A stretch of 64,000 nt of DNA from Balanoglossus misakiensis (taxonomy: Eukaryota; Animalia; Hemichordata): the NCBI GenBank assembly GCA_040954595.2, contig CM082590.2, positions 6,820,001 to 6,884,000 of the forward strand, read 5' to 3'. Of the stretch, positions 62,790-64,000 are shown piece after piece. Position numbers and translations under genes: made by a program. The first letter of the stretch is position 1. Every line of letters starts with the position of its first letter. Below the pieces are notes generated by a model. That model was not told the origin of the DNA, did no database searches, and was given only the letters and a program-made list of their open reading frames with translations.

Positions 62790-63421
62790 CTCCAAAATCA
62801 GCAGCGCTCACGCCTCGGTATTCAAGGTCAAAACAGCCGACCGCACCATGACGTAGTCCGTCAATGCCCTTGTTTAGTAATAAAACTAAAACCGCTTCGC
62901 AACTAATCGGGGCCGCTTCGTGTTGGATGTTTAAAATCTCAGTATCTTCGATCAATTTTCTTTATTTCCGATGCAAGTTTTAGTGCGCGTGTAGATATCT
63001 TCGTGAAACCGAATCGAGGCTAATCATAAATCGCATGGATGTTCAATTTTCCGCGTTGATGTCATGTAAATTTTTAAGCGCAAGTTTGACTTTAATTGTA
63101 GCGCAGATAATTTTCATCTCAAGTTTAATTTTTTCAGCAGATAACTTTTAACGCGCCGTGATATTTTTTAGTGGATAGACACGATCCGAATTTTTTTTGT
63201 AGTATTTACACAGTGCACTTTTTAGAATTTTCTTTTCTCAATACAGAAGCAGACGTGCTCGCGTACTTGAAAAAAATAAGTCTTACTAAAGAAAAAAATA
63301 GTAAGTCTTGGAAACAACTAAAGCAAAAATAATTTAAGAAGAAAAAAAGCAAGACATTGCTTTTGCTGTTTTGGGGGAACAAGGTCGGCCTCCGCCTTAC
63401 GGCGCTGGTTCTGGGGGCGAA
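62790..63421 (+). repeat. Paralogous copy of segment ~58531-61033, lacking the expanded 80-bp array
   Basis: Shared blocks ttcaaggtcaaaacagccga.cgcacc.tgacgtagt and cagaagcagacgtgctcgcgtacttgaaaaa...gcaagacattgcttttgctgttt...ctgggggcgaa. Confidence 0.85.
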
Positions 63422-63808
63422 GTCTGCCTCATGCCAGAGCGCCCGCACACGACTGATTATGAGTTTTCCCTTCAACGTTTACTTTGACCTCTGACCCATC
63501 AGAGTTCAAAATGGCTGCATGTATATTTGTGAAGGCTTTGCGTGCGGTCTGTTTCTTCTGTTCATGAATTTGTGCGTGATGTGTCCATGAAACGCTTCTG
63601 ACATGCTTTCAAATCTTGGATGAGCGTTGAGTGATAGAAGGGTAAGCTAGCTAACTTGGACTAGGGCCCGTGTTGTGCGTCAATTCACGCAAATTTTAGT
63701 CGGACTCTGCTTGTCCGTGGTGTGTACGTGTGTATGATTTCAGGTTGAGTTTTGCAAATGGTGACCTCCTACACTTCACTTGTAAAATGATCAAATTTAT
63801 TCTTGCAG

Positions 63809-63906
63809 GATTGGATGCTCTTGGGGATGAGATTGGACTGGATGACGATGCGATGTAACTTGATGCACCAGCAGAGCCTGGAGCAGACAGTGTGGCTACG
63901 AATAAG
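63809..63906 (+). pseudogene. CHMP5: CHMP5 (ESCRT-III, Vps60)-like penultimate exon with a premature stop
   Basis: ttgcAG|..LDALGDEIGLDDDAM*LDAPAEPGADSVATNK|GTaaga resembles CHMP5 [20 protein letters not shown]...DTKNK as recalled, including the exon ending at NK. TAA (63856-63858) sits where Tyr is expected. Confidence 0.7.
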
Positions 63907-64000
63907 GTAAGATATTGTCACTTTCCTTGAAATGATACATTTCCCATGTTAGTCCAAGTATAGGGGAAAAGTTTAATGTGCCGCTAGTATGGAGAAAATT

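Overview
Eukaryotic (metazoan, AT-rich, probably invertebrate) genomic DNA; most ORFs in the supplied track are repeat or intron artefacts. Two spliced genes on the + strand were reconstructed exon by exon with consistent GT-AG phases. (1) The 3' part of a WD40-repeat gene resembling WDR49/CFAP337: 20 exons, 49-23795, ~917 aa visible, 5' end outside the window. (2) A complete 17-exon type II membrane M1 zinc aminopeptidase, 31512-54523, 1054 aa, with HEIAH-x18-E and non-canonical AAVEN and WLKEG motifs. An orphan CHMP5-like exon with an in-frame stop lies at 63809-63906. Introns and intergenic DNA carry many short non-autonomous DNA transposons (Kolobok/T2-, piggyBac-, Tc1/mariner-, PIF/Harbinger-, Academ- and possibly Crypton-like), tandem arrays (91, 119, 177, ~80 and 24 bp units), microsatellites and one tRNA-derived Pol III-type element. 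I see no prokaryotic-type system (no CRISPR, operon or autonomous transposase). The best leads are candidate frame-preserving microexons in the WDR49-like tail, the hybrid specificity residues of the aminopeptidase, satellites arising from MITE arms or duplicated segments, and the CHMP5 exon relic. Family assignments come from recognised motifs, not database searches.
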